Source: Acidimicrobiales bacterium (GTDB lineage: Bacteria; Actinomycetota; Acidimicrobiia; Acidimicrobiales; CATQHL01). Taken from it: a DNA stretch of 64,000 nucleotides. This document shows positions 1-9,085 of this stretch, piece after piece; position 1 is the first letter of the stretch, and each line of letters starts with the position of its first letter. The notes under the pieces were generated by a model that was not told the origin of the DNA, did not search any database, and saw only the letters and a list, made by a program, of their open reading frames with translations. The position numbers were made by a program, and so were the translations under genes. The stretch lies in NCBI GenBank assembly GCA_965237375.1, contig CBDEFI010000002.1, forward strand, positions 15,911 through 79,910. The letters run 5' to 3'.

Positions 1-29
1 GAGAGTTCGCCTGTTTCACCGAGGTTCTG

Positions 30-1658
30 ATGAGATCACGCGTATCTTTCCCGCAATTCGACCGCGCTTGCGTGCCTGTTGGCAGCGGCGTCAAGCTGCG
101 TTCGCGCGCCCTCGTCGCCGGCGTGGCCGTGGGAGCAGTCTGCCTGCTGGCGGCCGCCTGCGGAGGCGACGACACGTCCCAGGTGACACAGGGAGCGATC
201 GACGTCACCGTCCCGGAGGGCGTCTCCGAAACGACCGCTGATTTCATGGCGTCGAGACCCGGCGCCGGGATCACGGCGGCCGGCGGGAACGTGGAGGGCG
301 GGGCGCCATGCCCAGCCCCCGGAAGCCCCGGAGCCGCCGAGAGGGTGAAGATCGCCGTCGTTACTCCCGACGTGGACCGCCTGGGCGATATCGGGCTTGG
401 CGACCTCGTCTTCGACTCCTTCGACCACACCTTCGACGCCTACATCAACAGGGTCAACAGCCTCGGCGGTATCGGTGGGAACTGCTTCGAGTTCCTGTAC
501 TACGAGTACGGCTTCACCAACCCGGCCGAAGAGATCGGATTCATCTGCACCGACCTGCCGCAACAGCAGCCGCTCGTGATGGTCGCCTTCGCGCTCAGCG
601 ACGCCATCACCGGGTGTGCCACCATCGCCGGACAGATCCCGACCATCGGGCTCTACAGCCAGTTCCCTGAGGTCTTCTTCGACCAGACCGGTGGGCTGCT
701 CCGCGTCGATCACGGAGCGCTGGAGTTCCTGCTCGACAACGGTCTCCGCTCCGCCGCTCGCTCGGGCCTCTTCGACACGGCCGACAGCGTGGGCCTGCTG
801 TACACGGAGGACGAGACCGCCCCGTCCCTACAGGCAACCTTTGCGCAGGCGGCCGATGCCCTCGGTCTTCAGGTGGCCACCTCGATAGGTGTGCCGCCGG
901 ACCTCTCCGGGACAATCGTGAACATCACCGTGCAGCAGTTCGGCGCCCTCGGCGGCAACCTGTTCGATTCCGACGAAGTGGCCTTCGCTCAGGCCACCGC
1001 CGTACTGCCCCCCGACCTGGCCGACCTGCTCGTTAGCATACGTCAGCACTTCATCGACACCGCCGCCGTCCTGCGAGACGCCGGCGTGAACACCGTGGTG
1101 GCGACGGCGTCCTGGGACGCCGTGCGTAGCCTCATGCAGGCGGCCGAACTCATCGGCTGGTACCCGACGTGGATCATCAACGACTCGCAGTTCTCGCTGA
1201 TCGTGCTCACCGATGCCCCCAAGGCGCAGGGATTGAACCTCGTGCAGATCAGTTCCCGACGAGCCGCCGACGACCCCATCGACGGCCTCGACCGAGGATG
1301 CCTCAGCCTGCGCAACACCCACACCGCCGCGGAGCCTTTCGCTTTCCGATTTCACACCGATGCCTGGAACCTCATGACCGCGAGCTGCGACTACCTCGAC
1401 GTCATCTTCAGCGCGGTATCGCGGGTCAGCGGACCGCTGACACGCGAGGCGTTCCTGGCCGCTCTGAACGAGACGACCTACGAGGCGGCCCACGGGTCGC
1501 TCGTCGAGTTCAGCGAGGGCGACCTGTACGGTTCCGACAGCTTCCGGGTTCTGAACGCCGACCCCGACTGCGTGCTCAACGACTGGGGATGCATGCGGCC
1601 CCTCACCGGCTGGCTCCCGTTGGCGGATGCCCCAACGGGAGGGAGCACCGATGGCTGA
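30..1658 (+). CDS. Secreted lipoprotein, tentatively a type-I periplasmic solute-binding protein (Leu/Ile/Val-binding-like)
   Basis: 542-aa ORF with lipobox LLAAAC|GGDD. The body (KIAVVTPD..., alternating hydrophobic/helical pattern) looks like Peripla_BP_6-type binding proteins. Family call is by eye only. Confidence 0.55.
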   Translation: MRSRVSFPQFDRACVPVGSGVKLRSRALVAGVAVGAVCLLAAACGGDDTSQVTQGAIDVTVPEGVSETTADFMASRPGAGITAAGGNVEGGAPCPAPGSPGAAERVKIAVVTPDVDRLGDIGLGDLVFDSFDHTFDAYINRVNSLGGIGGNCFEFLYYEYGFTNPAEEIGFICTDLPQQQPLVMVAFALSDAITGCATIAGQIPTIGLYSQFPEVFFDQTGGLLRVDHGALEFLLDNGLRSAARSGLFDTADSVGLLYTEDETAPSLQATFAQAADALGLQVATSIGVPPDLSGTIVNITVQQFGALGGNLFDSDEVAFAQATAVLPPDLADLLVSIRQHFIDTAAVLRDAGVNTVVATASWDAVRSLMQAAELIGWYPTWIINDSQFSLIVLTDAPKAQGLNLVQISSRRAADDPIDGLDRGCLSLRNTHTAAEPFAFRFHTDAWNLMTASCDYLDVIFSAVSRVSGPLTREAFLAALNETTYEAAHGSLVEFSEGDLYGSDSFRVLNADPDCVLNDWGCMRPLTGWLPLADAPTGGSTDG

Positions 1659-2862
1659 CCGCCGCGCGCCGAGAGCCTGGGGCGCCGCCTGCCTGGCGGC
1701 CGTCCTGGCCCTGTCCGCCTGCGCCGGCACGGGCGGCGGGTCGTCGGCCAACCTGGCGACCGAGGTGACCGTCGCGGGCCCCTCGGACGCCCCGGCCCCG
1801 CCCGGCGCGGGGACCGAACCTGTCCGCATACGCCTCGCCCTTGCCCCCGATCCCCTCTGGCAGTGGCTGGAGGACTCCGGCACCGTCGCCGCGTGGGAGC
1901 AATCGCGCAACATACGCATCGAGGCGAGCAACCCCTTCGATCAGTTCGCCGCCTTCGCCGGCGGGCACGCCGACGTCGTGGTCATCAACGCCCTCGACGT
2001 GCCGAAGTTCGTGGAGCAGCCCGGACGCGACCCGGTCATCATCGGCAAGTACACCGTCGACCGCAGCATCCTGGCCGTCAGTCGCACGTCGCGGGCGGAG
2101 AACCTCGACGACCTGGTGGAGAGAAGGATCGCCGTCGAGAGTTCCCTGGCCTCCACGCTGCTCTGGGGGCTCATCGCGGAGTCCCTCTACGGCTTGGACT
2201 TCCGCCCCGACAGCGCCGACTTCGACATCGTCACGGTGGAGCCTGCCAGTGTCGCCGACCTCGTCCTACGCGGTGACGTGGACGCCTGCATCTGCACGCC
2301 GGACTTCAGCGTTCCGTATCTCGCGTCGGGCAGGCTGCGGCCCCTCTACGAAGGGATGTCGGCCTCGGAGATCTACGCCCGCAGCGTCGTCGGCGATCCC
2401 ACGACGCTGCTGATAGCGGACGCCTTCGTGGTGGACAAGGTCTGGCACACCCAGAACCCCGAAGCGGTCGATGCCCTCCTGGCGTTGTGGGAGAAAGGCC
2501 TCGAGGCCTGGAAGTTGAACAAGGCGCAGATCGTCGCCGACTATCCGCACCATTTCTCGGTGGAGACCGACGCGGAGATCGCCTGGATGACCGACTACAT
2601 CGGCGGTCACGACTGGGTCGTCCGGTCGGTGTACATCAACAGCGCCGAGGCGGCGACGCACTCCGATGCGTTCGCCCGGATGCAGGCCCTCGGCCTGGTT
2701 TCCGCCGGTTCCGTCGAGCCGGAGATCGACCTGTCCTACTCCCAGGAGTTGTCGGCGCTGGAGGAGATCCTGAAGCCGGGCTCCGAGGGCGACGGCTCCG
2801 AGGGCGACCTGGACCGGCTCTCGACCCGCCTCTCCACACCGGATGAGGGTTCAGGAGGGTAA
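1651..2862 (+). CDS. ABC transporter substrate-binding lipoprotein (NitT/TauT, NMT1-like family, tentative)
   Basis: ATG at 1651 preceded by GGGAGGGA. Lipobox LALSAC|AG. Sits immediately upstream of two NitT/TauT-type permeases and an ATPase. Start chosen inside track ORF 1627..2862. Confidence 0.6.
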   Translation: MADRRAPRAWGAACLAAVLALSACAGTGGGSSANLATEVTVAGPSDAPAPPGAGTEPVRIRLALAPDPLWQWLEDSGTVAAWEQSRNIRIEASNPFDQFAAFAGGHADVVVINALDVPKFVEQPGRDPVIIGKYTVDRSILAVSRTSRAENLDDLVERRIAVESSLASTLLWGLIAESLYGLDFRPDSADFDIVTVEPASVADLVLRGDVDACICTPDFSVPYLASGRLRPLYEGMSASEIYARSVVGDPTTLLIADAFVVDKVWHTQNPEAVDALLALWEKGLEAWKLNKAQIVADYPHHFSVETDAEIAWMTDYIGGHDWVVRSVYINSAEAATHSDAFARMQALGLVSAGSVEPEIDLSYSQELSALEEILKPGSEGDGSEGDLDRLSTRLSTPDEGSGG

Positions 2863-3708
2863 ATGTCGGCGAACACTTCTGTTACACCCGACGCCATATC
2901 GGAACTCGCCGCCAAGGAGATCCGCCGGTCTATCTGGCGCCGCTGGGGTTACCGGCTGAGCGTGTTCGTGGGCTGGGCCGTGTTCATCGGCATCTGGTAC
3001 CTGTTCGCCCGGTTCGTCTTCACTCCCCAGCAGTTGCCACAGCCGCACGTCGTGGCCCGCGAGGCGGGGTCGCTGCTCAGCGACCGAAGCTTCAGCGACA
3101 ACCTCCAGGCCAGCGTCACCAAGGTGGTCTCCGGTTTCCTGCTCGCCATCGTGCTGAGCACCGGCCTGGGTCTGCTGATCGCCTACAGCAAATGGTGGCG
3201 CATCCTGCTGCAGAGCCTGCTGCTGTTCATCGTCAGCACCCCCACGGTGAGCTACGCCATCCTCTCGCTGATCGTGCTCGGCATCTCGCCGCTGGGACCG
3301 ATCATCACCACGATGCTGGTGGCGACGCCGTACATCACGATGAACCTGGCGCAGGGTCTCACAGGGGTGGACCGAAGACTGATCGTCATGAGCGAGTCCT
3401 TCGGGCGAACCCGCCAGCAGATCATCGCCGGGGTGCTGCTTCCGTCGTCGCTGCTGTCGGTCATGGGAGGGGCTCGGCTGGCTTTCGCCGTGGCGTGGCG
3501 CATGGAGCTTCTGACCGAGGTCTTCGCCGCCTCCGAAGGCATCGGGTTCCAGATCAGGCGCAGCTTCGAGAGCTACGACATTCAGGGCATGCTGGCCTGG
3601 GCGGTTCTGTTCGTCGCCATCATGCTCATTGTCGAGAACCTGGTCTTCCGCCAGATCGAACGCCGGCTCTCGCGCTGGCGCAGCGCCGACGTGGGGATAA
3701 CGCTATGA
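2863..3708 (+). CDS. ABC transporter permease (NitT/TauT-type, BPD_transp_1)
   Basis: 281 aa with multiple hydrophobic TM segments. EAA-loop-like MSESFGRTRQQIIAGVLLPS. Directly abuts the upstream binding-protein gene. Confidence 0.85.
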   Translation: MSANTSVTPDAISELAAKEIRRSIWRRWGYRLSVFVGWAVFIGIWYLFARFVFTPQQLPQPHVVAREAGSLLSDRSFSDNLQASVTKVVSGFLLAIVLSTGLGLLIAYSKWWRILLQSLLLFIVSTPTVSYAILSLIVLGISPLGPIITTMLVATPYITMNLAQGLTGVDRRLIVMSESFGRTRQQIIAGVLLPSSLLSVMGGARLAFAVAWRMELLTEVFAASEGIGFQIRRSFESYDIQGMLAWAVLFVAIMLIVENLVFRQIERRLSRWRSADVGITL

Positions 3709-4595
3709 GTGATATCAGCGCCTACCGGGACATTCCGGGGTTGCGCCAGGAGGAGGAACTCCCGCAGCCGGAGCAGAAGGGCGTCCTGTCGGCCAAGGGA
3801 CTGCTGCGGCGACCGTGGTTCATCCGCCTCGTGGCTCTCGCCATCCTGCTGTTCATCTGGCAGTGGATCACCTTCGCCAACAGCAGGGTGCCGGGCATCG
3901 ACGAGATCGTGTCCTTCCTCATCACCGAGTTGACGGGCGGGTCGCACGGCGGGACGCTCAGAGGTGAGTTCTGGGAACCGCTGGGGCTCAGCCTGCAGCG
4001 CTACGGCATCGGCCTGGCCATCGGCATCCCCGCGGGCGCGGCGCTGGGGCTGCTGATCGGCGCCTCCACCTGGACCCGCGGCCTGCTGAACGACACGATT
4101 CTTGTGCTGCTGGCGCTGCCGGCGGTCGTCTGGGCGTTCCTGGCGTCTCTGTGGTTCGGCCTCACGTCGGAGGGCCCCATCGTTGCGGTCGTGTTGACGG
4201 CGATCCCGTTCGTGGCGATCAACCTCAGCACAGGCGTGCGCAACATCGACAAGGGCCTCCTGCAGATGAGCCGATCCTTCCGCGTGCCGGCCCGGCGACG
4301 GATGACGCAACTGCTGCTGGGCGGAACCCTGCCGAGCGCCTTCACCGGCGTTCGACTGGCTTTCATGACCGGGTGGAACAGCCTCCTCATCGTGGAGTGG
4401 TTCGGTGCCACGTCGGGCGTCGGCTGGCGGGCGAGGTTCTGGTACGACGCCCTGCGCTTTCCCGGCTTCGTGGCCTGGATCTTCCTGTTCGTGCTGCTCA
4501 TCACGCTGCTGGACCGGCTGCTGCTGAGCCCGCTGGAGCGCCGGGCGTTCCAGTGGAACCAGCGCCCCACGCTGACCTTCGCGGAGGACGTGTGA
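3705..4595 (+). CDS. ABC transporter permease (second subunit)
   Basis: ATG 3705 overlaps the upstream stop (ATGA). MSDISAYRD..., TM-rich, EAA-loop-like MSRSFRVPARRRMTQLLLGGTLPS. Same frame as track ORF 3192..4595. Confidence 0.85.
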   Translation: MSDISAYRDIPGLRQEEELPQPEQKGVLSAKGLLRRPWFIRLVALAILLFIWQWITFANSRVPGIDEIVSFLITELTGGSHGGTLRGEFWEPLGLSLQRYGIGLAIGIPAGAALGLLIGASTWTRGLLNDTILVLLALPAVVWAFLASLWFGLTSEGPIVAVVLTAIPFVAINLSTGVRNIDKGLLQMSRSFRVPARRRMTQLLLGGTLPSAFTGVRLAFMTGWNSLLIVEWFGATSGVGWRARFWYDALRFPGFVAWIFLFVLLITLLDRLLLSPLERRAFQWNQRPTLTFAEDV

Positions 4596-4728
4596 GGCCC
4601 GCTGACGTGACGACGCACCACTCGACCGGATCGCCGGGCGTTCCGGTGGAACCGGCGGTCCGCGCTGAGCTTCGCGGCGGACATGTGAGGCCCACCGGCG
4701 TGACGACGCACCACTCGACCGGATCGAC
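4543..4728 (+). repeat. Diverged tandem duplication (2 x 93 bp) of the permease 3' end including its stop codon
   Basis: Unit 1 (4543-4635) gggcgttccagtggaacc...gtgtgaggccc...cgcaccactcgaccggatcgcc. Unit 2 (4636-4728) gggcgttccggtggaacc...atgtgaggccc...cgcaccactcgaccggatcgac. Roughly 85% identical by eye. Confidence 0.85.
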
Positions 4729-4778
4729 TCGCCGCACGACCGGATCATCGACCGGATCAACGGCCCTGGAAGGATGAC

Positions 4779-5546
4779 ATGGCGACCGTACTGATAGAGA
4801 ACCTGACCAAGGTCTACCCCCCGACGATCAACCATCCCAGCCAGGTGCAGGCACTCGGCGGGGTGAATATGTCGATCACCGGGAACGTGTTCGTGGCCGT
4901 GCTCGGCCCGTCCGGCAGCGGCAAGACGACGCTGCTCAACATCGTGGCCGGCGTCGAGCGGGCCACGTCCGGCTCGGTGCGGGCGCTGCAGGACGGCGTC
5001 CCCGCGCAGGTCGGCTACGTGTTCCAGGAGCCCCGGCTGTTGCCGTGGCGCACCGTCGTCAACAACATGCTCTACGTGCAGGACCGCAAGTCCGACAGGT
5101 CGCGGCGCGAGGCCGAGTTCTACCTCCAGATGGTGGGATTGAGCGAGGTCGCCAACCTGTACCCGTCGCAACTCTCCGCGGGGATGCAGCAGCGGGTGGG
5201 CATCGCCCGGGCGTTCCTCGTGAACCCCGACGTGCTGCTGATGGACGAGCCGTTCAGCCACCTGGACGCCCTCACGGGTCGCTCGCTGCGGGAATACCTG
5301 CAGAGGATCTGGCTGCAGACCCGCAAGACGGCGCTGTTCGTCACCCACGACGTGACCGAGGCCGTGGAATTGGCCGACCGGATCGTGCTGCTGCGCCCCG
5401 GCGGCGTGGCCTACGACGACATCCCCATCAACCTGCCACGCCCCCGGCATCCCGGCTCTCCCGAGGTACGGGAAATGCAGGAAGAGGTGCTGCGCCGCTT
5501 CGACGCCATGGGAGCAGCCGTCCGCTTCGGCGCCCAAGGCCAGTAA
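4779..5546 (+). CDS. ABC transporter ATP-binding protein (NitT/TauT-type)
   Basis: Walker A GPSGSGKTT, signature LSAGMQQR, Walker B LLLMDEPFSHLD. Confidence 0.92.
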   Translation: MATVLIENLTKVYPPTINHPSQVQALGGVNMSITGNVFVAVLGPSGSGKTTLLNIVAGVERATSGSVRALQDGVPAQVGYVFQEPRLLPWRTVVNNMLYVQDRKSDRSRREAEFYLQMVGLSEVANLYPSQLSAGMQQRVGIARAFLVNPDVLLMDEPFSHLDALTGRSLREYLQRIWLQTRKTALFVTHDVTEAVELADRIVLLRPGGVAYDDIPINLPRPRHPGSPEVREMQEEVLRRFDAMGAAVRFGAQGQ

Positions 5547-5633
5547 ACGGCAAGCACCCACCCCCGGTTGTTCCAGCCCCCTCCTCCACCATTCCGCCCA
5601 GAGCCCGCCCCCGCGCCGGCGTCCCCTCTCTTC

Positions 5634-5790
5634 CGTCATTCCGGCGGACGCCCGCATTCCGCCGTCCCTATTCGTCATTCCGGCGAAGGCCCGCCGTGCC
5701 ACCGACTCCTCCACCATCGTCATTCCGGCCTCCTTCCCCGTCATTCCGGCGAAGGCCGGAATCCACTGCTGCAGCGGTCCGACTCGCGCT
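5634..5790 (+). repeat. Cluster of REP-like hairpin repeats (one full and three partial copies)
   Basis: GTCATTCCGGC occurs at about 5635, 5674, 5720 and 5741. The last copy is complete: cgtcattccggcgaaggccggaatccactgctgcagcggtccgactcgcg (stem TCCGGC/GCCGGA). Confidence 0.85.
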
Positions 5791-5794
5791 CGCG

Positions 5795-6700
5795 ATGGGC
5801 CTCGTGACGGTGCTGGCAGTGTCCGCAGCGGCCTGCTCGGCCGATTCGCCACCCGTTGCCTTGGAGTTCTCCGCTCCGCCCGCCGCGCCGAAAGACTCTG
5901 GGCCGGTGGTGGAGGTGGTGCCTGCCCGCGAGACCCCGCCCCTCGACCCGACCGCCGACCCCCGCACGGAGCTGGGCGAGTTGCGCGCCCGCTACCTACC
6001 GGTGTGGTCGTCGGACTTCGACTGGGCCTTCCCCCCCGAGGTGTGCGGCAGCGATTGGCCACTCGATGCCATCGCAGAGCCGACAAACGAGGCCGACCTG
6101 GCCGTTCTCGGCGATGCCGCAGCCGCCGCGGCACTGTCGGTGATGCGCTACGAACACCTCGTCTCGCAGACCCTGGCCGAACCCGACGTGCTCGGCCAGA
6201 TCTGCATCGGAGTAGCAGCGGTCGGCTCGGCCCGCGATCAGGGGTTGGACACGTTGGCATCTCACCTCGCGACGGGTGCACGGAATGTCGGGGCGAGCAC
6301 CTATCCCAACGAGGTGATGATTGTGGCGGCCGGTCCGACCGCGGCGCTCGCCGTGGCATGCATCACCTCGGTCTCGGTTGGGATGGACGCCGGCCAAGAT
6401 GAGGCCGCGGAAGAGATGCCGGAGCCCGCGCGCCTCGGGGCCTACCTTCTACACGTGTCCCGCGGCCTGGAGGACGCCGTTGCTGACATCTCCTACCGCG
6501 TTTCCAGCATCACGCACTGGGCCGCGGAGGACTGCAGTGGGCTGGATACCTGGGCCGCCGACTGGAGTCGGGAGGCCGGCATCTGGGCCGAGTCCGGCGA
6601 GATCTGGGGGCCGGTCGACCGAACGGTGACCGTCGATGGGCTCTGTGAATCGCCGCCACCCGACGGCCCCGACGAGTGCCCGAGGCAGTGGTCGCCGTGA
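5795..6700 (+). CDS. Hypothetical lipoprotein
   Basis: ATG 5795, in frame with track ORF 5045..6700. MGLVTVLAVSAAAC|SADS lipobox. No recognisable domain. Confidence 0.5.
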   Translation: MGLVTVLAVSAAACSADSPPVALEFSAPPAAPKDSGPVVEVVPARETPPLDPTADPRTELGELRARYLPVWSSDFDWAFPPEVCGSDWPLDAIAEPTNEADLAVLGDAAAAAALSVMRYEHLVSQTLAEPDVLGQICIGVAAVGSARDQGLDTLASHLATGARNVGASTYPNEVMIVAAGPTAALAVACITSVSVGMDAGQDEAAEEMPEPARLGAYLLHVSRGLEDAVADISYRVSSITHWAAEDCSGLDTWAADWSREAGIWAESGEIWGPVDRTVTVDGLCESPPPDGPDECPRQWSP

Positions 6701-8925
6701 TCGCTCGCCGTAGGCATCGGAACCCGTACGGGCGGTCGGCGACCGCTGTCAGGCCGCTTCTCCGCCCGCTCGTGGGAGTGACTCTGGTCCTCGTCGGGCT
6801 ATTGGCACCCGTTGAGCCCGGAAGCCTTCCGTCTGAACTTGAAGAGATTGTCAGTACCCCGCCTGCTCTTGCTCAGGCTCAGACGATCTCGCGAACTCTG
6901 GGACAGTTCCTCCAGTGCCGCTCGACACCGGCGCAATTTGTTGTTGGTGGTCCCAACAACTCCGAATGCATCCTCGAGTTGGAGCCCTGCCTGGAGGATC
7001 CCTTGCACCCACCGCAGTTCCTGGTCCGGTCGATTGAATTCCCCGACTTTTGTGAGTCCAGCATCCTCCAACCGGACGATCCGGCGATGTATACCACATG
7101 TACAGGGCTGACAGGATATGCGGTATTTAACTTCACAATGACGGACTTGAACAACAACACCATCGACGGATGCCGGATAGTAGCACCGACCACATGTCCG
7201 GCAGCTCTCGTTCGAGTGAACGACCGAACATGTCGGGCTGTGGAGCGCCGTACATGGAGCTGCCCGGCTACTTATAGACCCAGCAATCAATTCGGTGCCT
7301 GTTATAAAGTCACACCCAGCCTCTTCTTCGTCCCTGCTCCGTCCTGCGCAGGAGGACATCCAGACTTCACCCTCATACCCTGCGATGACTACGTCGGAGG
7401 TGACTTCCTGGCGTCACCGCGGGCGGTATTGTGCACGAGTTACGTATCGGTGTCGCTGGCAACCTCAATGCGAGCGAATACACGAACCGGTCCTGCGCGA
7501 GATCACTGGTGCCAATTCAATACTGCGATGACGCGGATTGCATGTCATGCCGCAGGTGCCAACTGCACGGCCGACTGGGCCTTCTGCCTCAAACGAGAGA
7601 GCCAAACCGGCGGCTGTAGTGGTATTGGCCGAACGATCAACTGCCGGTCCTTACAGGCACAGTATGCCGATCCGAACGTAAATATCGCGGCGAGTGCAGT
7701 CCGTCTCGAGGGATGTGAGCCCTGTCTACTTCTACCGTTTGAGAGCGTCCCGAATCACTGCCCCGACGAAATTGACGGGGAGCCGATCCCAGATCGGGGG
7801 CCCTCGACATATCAAGATCTATTCAGAGTGCGTCAGGACATTCGAACGACGCTAGGTGCGTGCCGACCAGTCATCGATAACTACGAAGACATGGACGATC
7901 ATCCGCTGTGTAAAGATGCCGCCGTCCCGTGTGCCGATCCCCCGGCGGGCCGACTTTCATGGTCGTCGACACATCATTCACAACTTCCAGTAGTGAATTC
8001 CCCGGTGATTCTGCACCTCTACGACCTCCCAACCGAAATCCGAACAATCGGCAACAATTACATTCTGCCAGGCTTCAGGGCGCGCGAGAGTGACCTTAAT
8101 GTGCTCCTCTACCCCGAGCCAGAAGCCGACGGACGGAAGCGCAGGTTGGGTTTATGGCAGCAGCCGGATCCCACAACACAAGCGACGACGATAAAACAGT
8201 TAGTCAACACTAATACCAGCCCGGCATATGACTGTTCACTCAGCTCTCTTCCGAACTTTCGAGTGTTTGTGCAAGAATTGTGGCCGGACGACAAGACCCT
8301 CATTGAGGCGTTGTTCGGAGCACGTTCGGTTGATTGGTGGCATAACGACCTTACCTCGGGCGAGCAGGAGCGCCGGACTATAGCGCGGGGACTCCGCTGG
8401 TGGAACAACCTCACGCCTGCTGAACAAGTGGAGGAAAGAAAGCTGCGACGCGAACCGCTTACTGAAGAAGTTATTTGCAACAACGAGGAAGGCGAAGAAC
8501 TGTGGTGCCGGTGGACGCCAACTCGGCCCGGGTACTACACGCTCTCAGTAGCGGGTGCGTGGCGCATGTCGGCCGGCCAGACAAGGCAATGGGAAGGCAC
8601 ATCGACACTTAATAGGCTCCAGCGAGAGGTCAACCGCCTGATCGGCAATCCAGCAGCCCAGGCCCAGGTTCAAACGAACTTGGATCGTGCCAACTTGACG
8701 GCAAGAGACGTTGGACTGCTAGATACGTTGGACGGTCTGGCACCGCCGCACCGCGGGGGAACGGATGACCTGTTCAAGGCGTCGAGCGATGGACTGTTCT
8801 ATCCGTTTTATGACTTTCGTGTCAAGACAGGGGGCAACGACGGCTCCTACAACTACACGGAGAGTGAGCCGATCGGCCTGCTCGTGCACGAGGTACGGGT
8901 TGCGACAAGAGCGCCAACGCAATAG
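6676..8925 (+). CDS. Large secreted cysteine-rich protein of unknown function (low-GC, probably foreign)
   Basis: 749-aa ORF. Hydrophobic signal-like segment VTLVLVGLLAPV...ALAQAQ; alternative GTG start near 6772. About 28 Cys by my count, 25 in the first ~430 residues. Sampled lines are 45-48% GC versus ~70% in flanks. Confidence 0.6.
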   Translation: MPEAVVAVIARRRHRNPYGRSATAVRPLLRPLVGVTLVLVGLLAPVEPGSLPSELEEIVSTPPALAQAQTISRTLGQFLQCRSTPAQFVVGGPNNSECILELEPCLEDPLHPPQFLVRSIEFPDFCESSILQPDDPAMYTTCTGLTGYAVFNFTMTDLNNNTIDGCRIVAPTTCPAALVRVNDRTCRAVERRTWSCPATYRPSNQFGACYKVTPSLFFVPAPSCAGGHPDFTLIPCDDYVGGDFLASPRAVLCTSYVSVSLATSMRANTRTGPARDHWCQFNTAMTRIACHAAGANCTADWAFCLKRESQTGGCSGIGRTINCRSLQAQYADPNVNIAASAVRLEGCEPCLLLPFESVPNHCPDEIDGEPIPDRGPSTYQDLFRVRQDIRTTLGACRPVIDNYEDMDDHPLCKDAAVPCADPPAGRLSWSSTHHSQLPVVNSPVILHLYDLPTEIRTIGNNYILPGFRARESDLNVLLYPEPEADGRKRRLGLWQQPDPTTQATTIKQLVNTNTSPAYDCSLSSLPNFRVFVQELWPDDKTLIEALFGARSVDWWHNDLTSGEQERRTIARGLRWWNNLTPAEQVEERKLRREPLTEEVICNNEEGEELWCRWTPTRPGYYTLSVAGAWRMSAGQTRQWEGTSTLNRLQREVNRLIGNPAAQAQVQTNLDRANLTARDVGLLDTLDGLAPPHRGGTDDLFKASSDGLFYPFYDFRVKTGGNDGSYNYTESEPIGLLVHEVRVATRAPTQ

Positions 8926-9085
8926 CGAGAACGCGTGTGACGCTGGCTATGGTCAAGCAGGACGTTCTCTTGCCGCTGTTGGCAATAGCGATCTCGCCGC
9001 GGCGGGTCCCCAAACGCCGCCCCATCCTCGAACGGCTCTCGACTTTCATCTCCCCCGGCATTGCCGACCGGCAGCCGGCGTCGCC

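Noticed and set aside
5634-5790. Possible CRISPR array, because short repeats are clustered here and at 14560-14731.
   Set aside because: Units are irregularly spaced, partly truncated, internally palindromic, and occur singly at five other intergenic sites. No cas genes are present. This behaviour is REP/MITE-like, not CRISPR.
3582-6359. 925-aa minus-strand ORF. Similar very long antisense ORFs occur at 10590..12659, 12224..14581, 22668..25118, 26689..29268, 30716..32548, 36534..39656, 39866..41545 and 43980..45611.
   Set aside because: They lie antisense to genes with unmistakable motifs (ABC ATPase, pyrG, trpS, ispH, der, ribF and others). They are Arg/Pro/Gly-rich with no motifs, which is the classic absence of stop codons on the opposite strand of ~70% GC coding DNA.
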